Origin: a virus
IMG/VR virus record: IMGVR_UViG_3300036780_000171
Location: 1-64,000 of that record
Length of the DNA stretch: 64,000 nt
Direction: 5' to 3' (one strand)
The position numbers and the translations under genes are program-made. The notes under the pieces were generated by a model. That model saw only the letters and a program-made list of their open reading frames with translations, was not told where the DNA came from and did not search any database. This document shows, piece by piece, positions 1 to 10,600 of this stretch (positions are counted from its first letter, which is position 1; the number at the start of each line of letters is the position of its first letter).

Positions 1-82
1 GTTTGCCATTGTGGTAGGCATAGTCTGTATCGTCAAGTATATCTACTTGCATAGAGAATTTTTTAAATAATCTTTGCAAAAC

Positions 83-124
83 TGTGGATAACTACTTGAA
101 TATATTATTGTGGTGGTGTATTAT
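83..124 (+). promoter_or_regulatory. Sigma70-type promoter with upstream perfect DnaA box
   Basis: TGTGGATAA (83-91), then CTAC, TTGAAT (96-101), 17 nt, TG-preceded TATTAT (119-124). Confidence 0.7.
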
Positions 125-168
125 TAAAGGGTATTGATAAATTAAGTTTATTGAAAGGCGAAAAAGCA

Positions 169-435
169 ATGAACTACACAGATTTAGAAAAGCAATTTAT
201 GGAAACACTAAAGGCAGAAGCCTATGGTGGTTTAACCTTCACGGGAGATATTAACCCAGTGGGGATGAAAAAGGCACAGAAAAGTGGTGTGGTTAGTAGC
301 CTAGTTAAGAAGAATATTTTGGTCATAGACGAAAGAGATGAATTGATAGGGTTGGTTCCTGAGAATGGTGATACATATGAAGCAGTTTGGGAATTCAGAG
401 GTGTAAAGGTAGCAGAATTAATGGAGAGGGCATAA
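169..435 (+). CDS. Hypothetical early protein
   Basis: ATG at 169 follows the GAAAGGCGAAAAAGCA leader shared with the 41941 gene; followed by a terminator-like hairpin. Confidence 0.6.
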   Translation: MNYTDLEKQFMETLKAEAYGGLTFTGDINPVGMKKAQKSGVVSSLVKKNILVIDERDELIGLVPENGDTYEAVWEFRGVKVAELMERA

Positions 436-448
436 GCCCCTCTCTTTT
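424..448 (+). terminator. Intrinsic terminator
   Basis: GAGAGGG...CCCTCTC stem followed by TTTT. Confidence 0.55.
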
Positions 449-463
449 AGAAAGGCTACTATA

Positions 464-682
464 ATGATAGTAATAACTAGAATCACAGCGGTTCAAGAAG
501 GCTCATGTACGGGTGAAGGATATATGCCTAGTGAAGATGCAACTATCTACGGTATGGGTAATGACCAAAAAATGTACTACTGGGGCAGAACTAAAAGCAC
601 TAGAATCGAGCACGAACCGGATGAGGAAGGTAATCAATACCACTATGAGCATGAGTGGGGATGGAAGCCTTATGAGCCATAA
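464..682 (+). CDS. Hypothetical protein
   Basis: ORF with AAAGG RBS. Confidence 0.5.
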   Translation: MIVITRITAVQEGSCTGEGYMPSEDATIYGMGNDQKMYYWGRTKSTRIEHEPDEEGNQYHYEHEWGWKPYEP

Positions 683-688
683 CACTAT

Positions 689-728
689 GGGCGGTACCGG
701 GTATGGCGGTTCGACTCCGCAACCGCCT
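689..728 (+). other. tRNA-minihelix-like element (acceptor stem plus T arm only)
   Basis: GGGCGGT/ACCGCCT stem enclosing GCGG-TTCGACT-CCGC; no D or anticodon arm. Confidence 0.4.
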
Positions 729-744
729 CGCCTAAAGGTTTGTC

Positions 745-966
745 ATGGATAACGATATATCTGCAAAATACGAGAAAAATGGCATTGTAATTTTATTTAA
801 TTTCAATAGAGACGAAGTCATTTTTAAAAAGAATGGCCTAACTATTAGCATACCATTTGAAACTTTTAAAGATTTTGCCAAAGAAATGGAAAATGCAGTA
901 ACTGAACTTGACAAAGAAGTTAACGAAATGCTTTATGATAAAATTCTCAAAAGGAAACACCTATGA
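745..966 (+). CDS. Hypothetical protein
   Basis: ORF in co-directional run; overlaps next start (ATGA). Confidence 0.5.
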   Translation: MDNDISAKYEKNGIVILFNFNRDEVIFKKNGLTISIPFETFKDFAKEMENAVTELDKEVNEMLYDKILKRKHL

Positions 967-1427
967 GATTTCGTTGGACAATCGACGAACTAAATGCCGC
1001 CAGTGATATGCTCATATTACGCAGCCTAGTGGTCGAAAGAAAGTCAAACCTTACCAATGTATATTCTCCGCTCGCAAAACGGTTAGACAAGCTGTACGCT
1101 AAGCTAGATGGACAAATACTGCATGAACAATCTACAACGCCAACTTCTGCTATGAATGAAGTCTGGCGCATTATCGAAAATGCCAGACAGAGATTAAATC
1201 CCGATTTATACGATGCAGACAAGCTGCTGGAAAAAGCGCAGCATATTGTACTTAATTATAAGCCGCCCGACCCACCGGAACCATCGGTTTGTAAAAGGGC
1301 TGGCGAGAAACTAGACAATCAAGAATGTATTGCGCTCGGTGAGTGTTCTTGGTTTCGCCACAGCCAGGACTCATTTAGATTATATCCTGAATTAAGTAAT
1401 GTTCCACCAGGATATCGAGATGAATGA
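963..1427 (+). CDS. Hypothetical protein
   Basis: 154 aa ORF, translationally coupled. Confidence 0.5.
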   Translation: MRFRWTIDELNAASDMLILRSLVVERKSNLTNVYSPLAKRLDKLYAKLDGQILHEQSTTPTSAMNEVWRIIENARQRLNPDLYDADKLLEKAQHIVLNYKPPDPPEPSVCKRAGEKLDNQECIALGECSWFRHSQDSFRLYPELSNVPPGYRDE

Positions 1428-1764
1428 CCAACCTGAATTTCGAGCCTGGAATAATATTGATAAAGTTATGGTTGGGTGGGATTATTTTGAAAAATGCCCC
1501 GAAGAATTTGTAGGCCAGCCAGAAGAACTCGAAATAATGCAATATACCGGCAAGAAAGATGCTAATGGAACAAAAATCTTCGCCAGCGACATTATAGAAT
1601 ACTTTGGCATTAGAAAAATTGTCGGCTGGAATAATGAGCTTTCGATGTGGGGTTTGAAGCGAAGTATTGACGGTAAGTTCCACGAGCAGTTTGCCACGGT
1701 CGACTTGGAAAAAAGCGTGGTGATTGGCAACACTTTTCAGAATAGTAAACTTTTGGAGCAATAA
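1420..1764 (+). CDS. YopX family protein
   Basis: EFRAWN...IMQYTGKKDANGTKIFASDI...VIGN motifs. Confidence 0.8.
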   Translation: MNDQPEFRAWNNIDKVMVGWDYFEKCPEEFVGQPEELEIMQYTGKKDANGTKIFASDIIEYFGIRKIVGWNNELSMWGLKRSIDGKFHEQFATVDLEKSVVIGNTFQNSKLLEQ

Positions 1765-1944
1765 CGTGAACAAATCAGTCGTTATCCGGCCATGTGCAGA
1801 ATGTGAATATATGCAATATAGCAAGCGCGATAAACTACAAATTGTGCTCTGTTATCATTGTTACAACTGGTTTGGCTCCGATAAGGAAAAACGATTTTAC
1901 TGCGAAGTATGTAAACCCAAGTTTGAGAATGAAAGGACTAACCA

Positions 1945-2250
1945 ATGAAAGGTGAAGGTCGCAAAAGACAAGAAATTCCAAACGGCACTATAGTTGGCAC
2001 CACTAAAATTCTCTTTAGAACCAATAGAAAAACTGGTAGGCCAGGCGACAACGAACAATACTTATATGCCGGAGAATGTCTTAGGTGTGGCACCATTCAA
2101 GAAAGACGTATAGGCGATTTTCGAGAACGCAAACGGTGCGTAAATTGCCCGCCACAAAAAAGTTACCAACGACCTATTGTAGTACGAACTTTTGTCAGTA
2201 TAAATAATATAAAAACACCAGTGGCCAAGGGTATATATGGAGATAGTTAA
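1945..2250 (+). CDS. Zn-ribbon protein, possibly the N-terminal remnant of an HNH gene
   Basis: CLRCG and CVNC pairs. Confidence 0.4.
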   Translation: MKGEGRKRQEIPNGTIVGTTKILFRTNRKTGRPGDNEQYLYAGECLRCGTIQERRIGDFRERKRCVNCPPQKSYQRPIVVRTFVSINNIKTPVAKGIYGDS

Positions 2251-2535
2251 TGTCGCAGGCAGATAATAGGGAAAAATGGATTAACTGGATAATCAATGGC
2301 GGCGAGATGCCGACTATCGAGTTACCGAAAGTGCCAGATGTCAAATTATAAGAAGACAGATATAATTTGTTTCGTATGCGGTAAGATGTTTCCTACTTAC
2401 TGGAAATTTTGGTGGCATATATGGGATGGCGAACATCCTAATTATGTTGATTACTGTTACACCCCCAAACTCAAACAACGCAAAGACTATCCAATGGTTT
2501 ACGACCTAATCAACTTTATTAAAAAAAGAAGTTAA

Positions 2536-2784
2536 TTATCTAGCATCATTCACGCCTTGAGAAGCGCGTAATGCCTTGCGGGTTTCATTCTGCACGTTAA
2601 TCACTTCAGTTTGTAATGCTGGGTCACGCAGCTGATTCATGGTGCTAACAACTACTGCACCCTCTGACCAAGGATGTGTACCGTCATTATTATTTGGTAC
2701 CGTGCGTGAAACGCTGCTGGTTGCTGGTGCCGTTGCATCTGCTACATATGGCATATCTTTTTCTCCTAATAAACTGTTTTCCAT
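2536..2784 (-). CDS. Hypothetical protein downstream of capsid
   Basis: 82 aa ORF; AGGAG before internal Met. Confidence 0.45.
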   Translation of the reverse strand: MENSLLGEKDMPYVADATAPATSSVSRTVPNNNDGTHPWSEGAVVVSTMNQLRDPALQTEVINVQNETRKALRASQGVNDAR

Positions 2785-2798
2785 TGTAAACTAGAGTA

Positions 2799-3788
2799 TT
2801 ATGCTGCGCAAGCTTTTTGGTAGGCTTTAGAAGCTTGTTCTGGCGTGTCATACGTGCCTAGGTGCTTCTTTTTACCATCAACTTTTGTAAATGCGGTGAA
2901 GCGGCCGTTACGTTGGGTGCCGACACCGCGTAGACCAACCTTGCTGCTATGGCCGGTATATCGTACACCAATTCGGTCTTTATTGCTTTTGATTTTCATA
3001 AGTTTTACACATTCGGGGCTGCAATATTTTTGGCCGTAGCAGCCGGGTTTGGCTTCCCAGGTATTGATACAATCGGGGCGTTGGCAGGTCAGAGTACGTT
3101 TATCATGTTTAGCAGTGGCATTAGCTGCACATGCTCTGCTGCAGTATTGCTGGTGATGCCTGCCGCCAATTGGAATTTCCCAGATTTTACCGCAATATAG
3201 GCACGCATGGGTTGGACGGGGCTGGTTTTTACGGGCTTTATTATAAGCAATTGCTGCTGCAGGATTATGGGGAGTAAGCTTTAAATCAATATCGGTCTTT
3301 TTCCTGTGACATTTCTTACATAATGTCTGCCCACAAGCGATATTCCATAGTTCTATACTTGCCAGTGCCTTCTCTATCGAGTTAATCTTGTTATTTTCAA
3401 GTATCTTATAGAACATGACTGGATAATGGTCAGCATGTAGGTATACACCACGCTCACCACAATCTTTATTCTGGCACGTATAGTCATCTCGTTCGAATAC
3501 TGCTTTACGCCAAGCTTTATATTCCGGCAATCGCCGTATCTTTTCTGCCAATTTTGATACACCGCCTTTCCAGTTTGGATTATTAGCTCCCATTATTCTA
3601 GTATCGCGTTTCTTGAAAGCATTAGCTGGTTTATAGCCTTTTCTATATGTATTGCCTTTAGAGTGACAAGAATGTGAGCAAAACTTTTGCTTTAGCTGAC
3701 TCTTATATATGTTGGTAACTAAATTGTTACACCCATTTCTCGCACATTTTCTTTTCCATAGATTATTTTCGAAGTAAGTTATTTCCAT
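2799..3788 (-). CDS. HNH endonuclease with Zn-finger repeats and C-terminal AP2 domain
   Basis: NPNWKGG, VFERDDYTCQ...HADH...TLCKKCH; KKKHLGTYDTPEQASKAY AP2 motif. Confidence 0.85.
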   Translation of the reverse strand: MEITYFENNLWKRKCARNGCNNLVTNIYKSQLKQKFCSHSCHSKGNTYRKGYKPANAFKKRDTRIMGANNPNWKGGVSKLAEKIRRLPEYKAWRKAVFERDDYTCQNKDCGERGVYLHADHYPVMFYKILENNKINSIEKALASIELWNIACGQTLCKKCHRKKTDIDLKLTPHNPAAAIAYNKARKNQPRPTHACLYCGKIWEIPIGGRHHQQYCSRACAANATAKHDKRTLTCQRPDCINTWEAKPGCYGQKYCSPECVKLMKIKSNKDRIGVRYTGHSSKVGLRGVGTQRNGRFTAFTKVDGKKKHLGTYDTPEQASKAYQKACAA

Positions 3789-3816
3789 CTATTTATTATA
3801 TTATAGTTCCGGTTAA

Positions 3817-3847
3817 AATAAAAGAACTCCCATAACAACGGGAGTTC
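3817..3847 (-). terminator. Intrinsic terminator after major capsid gene
   Basis: GAACTCCC-loop-GGGAGTTC followed by T tract on minus strand. Confidence 0.65.
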
Positions 3848-3889
3848 AACGAAGCTAACACTGTAGTTCGTGCTATATTATGACATATA

Positions 3890-5170
3890 TCACGAGACTG
3901 TGCCAGTCCCGATTATGCTGAAACTGCTAGCAAAATGAGCGTGGAAGTTCATACGTGAAACGGCACGCAAAGCTGTCATGTCCTGTTCAGCCAAGTTAAT
4001 GGTTGTGCCATCACTTCCCTGAATAGTACCCTCAAGCAATGTGGTCAGTTGTAGACCGCGCTTCATGATGAGATATGCATAGCTCATGTCACCGAAAGCA
4101 ATGAAGCCCTTGTTGTTCGCGTCTTGTCCAAGACCTGGAAGAACCTCTGTCAGCGTGTACGGGTAACCCCAAATCGTACCGTCTGCCACACCGTTTGGAC
4201 CGGGTGACCAGATGTAACGACCGTAGTTATCCTTAATACGCTGGATAAGGCCGAGCAGAGTCTTTTCGAAGTAGAACCGGCCATTTTTCATCGCCGGTGT
4301 CGGGATGTTGTAAATGGCTTGGTTCAAATGATCGAAGGTCAGGCTAGTAACACTGGAGCCAACCGGCACAGTGAATACTCCAGATTGGTGGAATAGACCT
4401 GTGGTTGGGTCAAGAAATCCTAGATAGTCCTGCCAACGAGCATTTTCACGAGCATAGTCAATGGTCAATTCATTGTAAACATTAACGGGGCTGTCCTGCA
4501 CAAGTTCGTCAGAAAGCGCGGCAATGGCAGCGAACTTACGAAGCGGAATGAGCGTTTGCCCAAACTGCATCTTAGTACCGCTCTTTGCAGCACCTTCCGC
4601 GATTTCGTACATTGAAACCGAACCAGTCTTTTTGTTGAGTGTAACAGCGTTGCTGTTTGTCTCATAAAGCCGTGCGAACTGACGCACAACACCAAATTGC
4701 TCTTCAAGGCGAATAACATCGGCCAAGAAGTCGGCTGGTGGAACAAGGTACGCACCATCTGCAGAAGTACCAGTAGCTTCACCCAAGTATCCGGCCTTAA
4801 CTTGCGTATCAATGGCTTCGGCGTTCAAATCGCTCAAGGCTTTGCGGTCATCTGTATAGATGGCCTTCACCTGCTCGAAGAAGAAACGTTCCTTACCAAG
4901 AGACTCAAGTTTAGACTTTACGGTTACTACAGGTTTCACATCTTTGTCGGTCGCGCCCGGGTTTGTAGCATCCTTGCGAACTACGCCCTCGATACTTTCC
5001 AGCTTCTTTTCAACCATTTCGTCAACGCTGCCTTTTACAGCTTCGTCAACCATGGTTTTTAGAGCCGGTGCCAACTCGGCAGCAATAGCTTTAGCTACGG
5101 CATCATCAACCTCGATAACGTCATCTTTCTTGTCTTTGACGTCGTCAGCAGTTGTTGTTTGCTTACTCAT
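3890..5170 (-). CDS. Major capsid protein, HK97 fold
   Basis: GAYLVP, IAEG, LSDEL..DS, KDNYGRYIW, TIWGYPY, FGD motifs; follows prohead protease. Confidence 0.92.
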   Translation of the reverse strand: MSKQTTTADDVKDKKDDVIEVDDAVAKAIAAELAPALKTMVDEAVKGSVDEMVEKKLESIEGVVRKDATNPGATDKDVKPVVTVKSKLESLGKERFFFEQVKAIYTDDRKALSDLNAEAIDTQVKAGYLGEATGTSADGAYLVPPADFLADVIRLEEQFGVVRQFARLYETNSNAVTLNKKTGSVSMYEIAEGAAKSGTKMQFGQTLIPLRKFAAIAALSDELVQDSPVNVYNELTIDYARENARWQDYLGFLDPTTGLFHQSGVFTVPVGSSVTSLTFDHLNQAIYNIPTPAMKNGRFYFEKTLLGLIQRIKDNYGRYIWSPGPNGVADGTIWGYPYTLTEVLPGLGQDANNKGFIAFGDMSYAYLIMKRGLQLTTLLEGTIQGSDGTTINLAEQDMTALRAVSRMNFHAHFASSFSIIGTGTVS

Positions 5171-5211
5171 GCGAAAATACCTAATTTAATTAAAGATAGC
5201 GGCGAATTATC

Positions 5212-7089
5212 TTAGTGAAGCGCCTTTAGCTCATTGAGTACCAGCTCGACTACTCTGTCACCGGCTTGAGCCGTCTTCTTGGCTTGTGCCAAGACTACTC
5301 TGCGCTTTCGCACTTCCGCGTGAGTATCAGCGTTTGTGGTATCGAGGGAGTTCACCTTGGACTCCAACGCCACAGCTATCTTCGTAAAGGTAGCGGCTAA
5401 TTGTTTTAGATTATCGTCAGAAAGTTTGCTGATGTCAAGTTTTTTTAAATCGTCAAGTGAACGAACGGTATTGGACGCTTGTGGGTTATCATTGCCGCCG
5501 GTTGACATGGCGTGCTCGCCCATGTCGCCACCATCACCCATGCCCATATCGCCAGCACCGTTGCGGTTACCGCTTTGCTCATCATCTTGGTGGTCTTCAT
5601 CAGGATTTGGTACGCCAAGCGCTTGTGACATGTCTACTTGTAACTGGTCAACAATTTTATCTACTTGTGAAATGGCTTGCAGCACGTTCAGCCACAGATT
5701 TTCATTGTTATTGTCATCGTCCTTGCCAACCAAGGCTTTGCCAGGCTGTACGTTCGCATCGTTATTATTACCAGTAACAACAGTATTGGAAGGCGATGGT
5801 GTTGGCGGATTTTGTGGATTATTGCCACCGGCCGGAGCGGGTTGTTCAGGCTGTGGCTGCAGCGGGTCAGGTTCCATGCTGTCGTCCTTGGTAATGGCTA
5901 CTAATAGTTCTTTGCGACGCTCTGTAGTAACTCCCTTTTTAAGCGACTGGCTAGAGTAAACGGTTTCATCGTCTTCGGGTGTATCGTCGTCATCAGGTGG
6001 GGTATAGCTGCCATCAGCGACTTGCCCGAGCAGACCAGCAGTTTCCTTGAGTAAATCGTTAAAATTTTCGGCCGGTGTATCAGGCGAGCAGTATACGTCA
6101 ACAAATGCCCACCAAATATCCATGACACCATCAAGGTTTTGGTACTTTTCGTCAAGCTCCTGTTCCTCGGCTATCTCATCAGCCACCGCGCCTTTATCAA
6201 CAATTTCGTCGGTAATAGCTTTCATATCAGGCACATCTTTGTCAAATTTCTTATAATATTTTTTAATTTGAGCATATACGGCCGATTTATCACTTTCTGG
6301 AATATTCACGCCACCACGAGCGCCATTTACCGCACCCATAGCCGCGCTGACACCATTCCAAACGGCTTTCAAGCTGCCGTCCATAACTTGAGCAAATGGT
6401 AACTTATATCCGCCTTGTTTGTCGGCATTTTCAGGGTCAACCCAAAAGAAGGCTTTGCGATACTTGCTAAAGTCAATATTACCATCGCTATCGCTTGCCC
6501 ATTCCTTAACAGAACTAATGGCCTTGCCCTTATCCCAAGCAGTACCTTCATCAGCGACTGGCAAGTCGCTTGAAATAGCACCCTTGAAAACCACATGGAT
6601 ATACTTGGCTTCTTTTTGCGTCAGATTCAGACCACGGGTCGTAATAGCTGCTAAAGCATTCGCCGGAACAGGTACCACACTAAATTCTGCCATCTCACTT
6701 TTAGTATACGTATCACCATCAATTTCCTCGGGAACAAAGCCAATCGAAAGCGCACAAACACCTTCTTTAATAACCTTACTTACAAAAGATGCTTGCGGAT
6801 TAAAATCAGTAAATAGTTTAAATCTGGATAATAGCTCACCAGTTTTTGTTTTAGTCAGACTAATAGCTTTGCCAATAATATTTTCCGAGTGCTCGTAATC
6901 GTGGCCGAAAAGGACAATCGGGTTGGTGGTAATAAAGGCGTGTGTATCCAAGCCGCTAACCTGGATTTTCTCACCTTGACGGTCAAGGTCACTGGTGGCC
7001 ACGATACCTTCAAACGTACCATCGCCTAAGTCTTTTACTTTTGTAAAGTTTCCGTCTAGGTAAAGCCGCTTAGCGTTCGTTACTTTCAT
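5212..7089 (-). CDS. HK97-type prohead protease with inserted domain and acidic scaffold-like C-terminus
   Basis: DRQGE, VLFGHD, LSIGF, EFSVVPVPAN motifs. Confidence 0.88.
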   Translation of the reverse strand: MKVTNAKRLYLDGNFTKVKDLGDGTFEGIVATSDLDRQGEKIQVSGLDTHAFITTNPIVLFGHDYEHSENIIGKAISLTKTKTGELLSRFKLFTDFNPQASFVSKVIKEGVCALSIGFVPEEIDGDTYTKSEMAEFSVVPVPANALAAITTRGLNLTQKEAKYIHVVFKGAISSDLPVADEGTAWDKGKAISSVKEWASDSDGNIDFSKYRKAFFWVDPENADKQGGYKLPFAQVMDGSLKAVWNGVSAAMGAVNGARGGVNIPESDKSAVYAQIKKYYKKFDKDVPDMKAITDEIVDKGAVADEIAEEQELDEKYQNLDGVMDIWWAFVDVYCSPDTPAENFNDLLKETAGLLGQVADGSYTPPDDDDTPEDDETVYSSQSLKKGVTTERRKELLVAITKDDSMEPDPLQPQPEQPAPAGGNNPQNPPTPSPSNTVVTGNNNDANVQPGKALVGKDDDNNNENLWLNVLQAISQVDKIVDQLQVDMSQALGVPNPDEDHQDDEQSGNRNGAGDMGMGDGGDMGEHAMSTGGNDNPQASNTVRSLDDLKKLDISKLSDDNLKQLAATFTKIAVALESKVNSLDTTNADTHAEVRKRRVVLAQAKKTAQAGDRVVELVLNELKALH

Positions 7090-7101
7090 ATTTTTCCTTA
7101 T

Positions 7102-7145
7102 TAAAAATCCCAGGCATGCAAAATAACTATATTTGCACGTCCGGG
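7102..7145 (-). terminator. Terminator-like hairpin in protease/capsid leader
   Basis: CCCGGACGTGCAAA...TTTGCATGCCTGGG then ATTTTT on minus strand. Confidence 0.5.
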
Positions 7146-7164
7146 CTCTGCTGACCTCAACGGA

Positions 7165-7341
7165 CTATGCTTGTATAGTGGCAAACTCTGTTTCTTTTGT
7201 CAAGTTTTTTAGACCTGACTGCGTTATGAAGTTGACTTGCACCAGTTCTTTGCATTTATGGCATTTGACTTCACCAACGCAAACGCTCGCTTTGAGCAAT
7301 AGTACATGACATTTTGGGCAATAGATACTATGATTGGTCAT
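7165..7341 (-). CDS. Mu Com-like zinc-ribbon regulator (58 aa, below ORF-track cutoff)
   Basis: MTNHSIYCPKCHVLLLKASVCVGEVKCHKCKELV: CxxC-LL...EVKCxxC. Confidence 0.65.
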   Translation of the reverse strand: MTNHSIYCPKCHVLLLKASVCVGEVKCHKCKELVQVNFITQSGLKNLTKETEFATIQA

Positions 7342-7666
7342 TATTGTTGGCTAATGCTTCTATACGCAGTGTCGATGATTCACGTTCGTTGCTCGCGTAA
7401 TTAATCTGTAGTATACCACGGTATACGCCGGGTTCAGGGCAATCAGCACCACCGGCTGTCCAACGATAGATACACTGGCCTGCCACCGGCTCGCTGATGG
7501 TACAAGAGTTGGAAGTATCATTGGTATTCTGGCCGGTTTTTAAATCACGTATCAGAAATTTAACGGTCGCGCTAGTCAGATTAACGATACTGCCATCGGT
7601 ACGCAAACAAGTGAATGTTATATCAGGAGCGCTATCACCGGCGACAATCTGGATAATTGGTTGCAT
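7328..7666 (-). CDS. BppU N-terminal-like virion protein
   Basis: GDSAPDITFT...VNLTSATVKF...GQCIYRW...PGVYRG pattern. Confidence 0.6.
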   Translation of the reverse strand: MQPIIQIVAGDSAPDITFTCLRTDGSIVNLTSATVKFLIRDLKTGQNTNDTSNSCTISEPVAGQCIYRWTAGGADCPEPGVYRGILQINYASNERESSTLRIEALANNNDQS

Positions 7667-7680
7667 GTTCCACCTTTCCC

Positions 7681-10600
7681 TTATATATTACTTTTCTTGA
7701 AGTAAACTAGCAATGTTTGCTCCTGTAAAGTTACTGGCACGTTTTGCGCCTGGAAATACAGAGTTATATCAAGCGGTGCGGCTACCAACTGTGGTGCCAC
7801 ATTAACATTATCGCTCGTCACCACGTCATCTTCGATATAGAAGAAAATTACTTGGCCTACTATTAGGCTGTCACTTATGGCTACGTTATCGAAAACAGTG
7901 ACAAATAACTCTGGTATAAATACGTTCAAATTTTCTATGGTGGTAATATTTTCCGATTTGCTGACCAATAGCGGTGCTTTCACGGAAACTATTTCACTCG
8001 TTGCTATGCTATCTGCAAATGATAGACTGGTGATTATTTGCAGCGTTACGTTTTCACTGATTATAGCGGCTTCACTGATAATAATTTTACTGCCAAATAT
8101 TACGCCACTAGATTCAGTAACACTGCTGTTTTCCTGAACTAATATAAAGCTGTCGACTTCAAGGCCAGTTGACTCGCTGACAAGTGTACTATCACTTACT
8201 GCCACCAGTAATGTTGGCACCAGCATGTTGACTACGTCATTTGCTCCGATAGTCTCGCTGACCGTTATATTTTCGTCAGAGTAGACCGCCACTGCTTCGG
8301 TTGCAATAGCGCTTTCAGACTTATTCACGAAGCTGGAAATAGTCAGCTTAATCGTTTCGCTGACCGTTATGCTATCACTGAATACGCTATCTGGCACAGA
8401 GGTATGCAAGGCAAGTGTTTCAGATGTTCCAATATTATCAAATGTCACTATACCGCCGCCGGTATTTACTAATACCGCTTCGTCGGCAAGTGCCATATCG
8501 CTGACCGAGATAAATAACGTTGGAATGAGCAACGTTGGCGTATCTGATGTAGCAATATTGTCGGTGACACTGATAAATTCAAAGTTAAGCAATATTATTT
8601 GCTCACTTACGGTCACACTATTGCTTGTAGAAATATTAATTGAGTATAGTAGCCCGACACTCTCGCTGGTTGTGCTGCTATCAGAAACTGAAATCTGGTC
8701 GGCCTGCGCCACATTAACCGTTTCGCTAGTCGTGCTAGTTTCTACAACACTAACCCTATTTATGACAGCAAAGCTGACAGACTCACTTACCGTAACGTTG
8801 TCGCTAACCAAAATAGATATAGTACTTTGTGTTGCCACTGTTTCGGTATGGCTCACACTCTCACTAACGTTTACATTGCTGATGCTTAATACTGAAACTG
8901 ACTCGCTGGTAGACAAAAGTTCAAAGTTTGAGCCGTCGGTAAGAATATCCCCGTTTTCATCTGTTAGGAAATTACCAGCTTCATCTGTCAACCGACCATC
9001 AGTCAATGAAATAAGCAGTGGAAAATCAAGCTTAAGCGTTTCGCTAGTTGCCACATTGTCCGAAATGGTAATGGCATAGGCTTGAGCAACATGTAGCGTC
9101 TCCGATGTGCTGACGTTTTCAGAAACCGAAATAAAGCTGGTAATCGACACATAGGCTATATCTATGCTATCTACTTCATCAGTGTAATACTGGCCGACAA
9201 AATCTTGCGTAGTAACGGTTTCGACTATAACAATGGGCGCTATAAATAGCACTATCTCACTTAACGTCACCGAGTCAGAAATAAATAGGTTCAAAGGGTT
9301 GGTGAAAAAACTAATAGCTTCGCTTGTAGTAATGCTATCGCTAATGCTAATCGAGTAGGAAACAACTGGTTTTGGTACACTTTCGCTTGTGGTAGCGCCG
9401 TCGCTTACCGATATGGCAAATGCTACTTGCGTAGAAACGCTTTCGCTGGCAGTAGTGGAATCTGAAACGCTAATCGAGTATGAAATATTTGGATTTGGAA
9501 TTGTTTCGCTTATGGTAATGCTATCGCTTACCGCTATGCCGGTCGCTTCTTGCAAACTAATGCTTTCGCCGGTTGAAACAGTATCACTGACACTGACGAA
9601 ATCAGTAATCGCTATGGTAAGCGCTTCGCTGGCAGTAGTGCTATCGCTAATGCTCAAAAGATATAAAGTATAGAATAGCGATACTATTTCAGAAGTTTGC
9701 ACCATTTCGCCATTGACTTGGCTAATTGTATAAATATAGAAAATCAAGTCGTCGGAAAGTGCTCCCCATGTGCCACCTTTGAAATAGCCAGCCCCACCGG
9801 CATATCCACCACTGAAATCTACGCCAACGTTCACCGTGCCGGAACCCGTACCATTTGGTTCTATGGTCACAAAATATGACGTACCATTCGCTAGACTCAC
9901 CTGATTTGCACCACTAAATATAAAGTCGATAAGCTGGAACGACGTTGTTAGTATTGATGTATCAAAGTTGTTTGACGTGGCTAATAGCGTACCGTTTGGC
10001 GAACTATATAGTTTGGCAACCATGTTACCGGAGTTTGCGCCACTACCCTTTAATTCGTACGTAACTTTGCCAAGCATACCGCCGGTGGCAGTAAATGTTT
10101 CGCCCAACCCCGGGCTTACACTAAAGTCAACGGCATCGGTGCCATTTTGATGACTTTGGTCATAGTTGGCAGTCAACGTATAGACATTCGAAATTGGATT
10201 AATAAAGCTGGTGACTAACTCCTTAAGCGTTTCGCTGGTGGTTATTGAGTCGCTCACGGAAATTGTGCTGGCTTCAAGAGTAGCTATTGACTCGCTGGTG
10301 GTTATTGAGTCGCTCACGTTAATAGACAACGCTACACTTACATTGACAGTTTCGCTGGTTGTTATCGAATCAGATTTATTGACATTGCTTACAACCGTCA
10401 AATGGGGAGTATCTATCGTAAATACTTGGTCAGAGTAGTATTGAGCCACCACATCGCTTGTGGTTATTGAGTCAGATACATTAATAATGTATCCCCCAAC
10501 AAACGCAACTACGCCTACCGCGCCTGTACCCAGATTATTAGCCGTAAATGTTCCCGCATACGCACCCGTTGTATTAACGACTTGGTCTTCCATTGCGATA

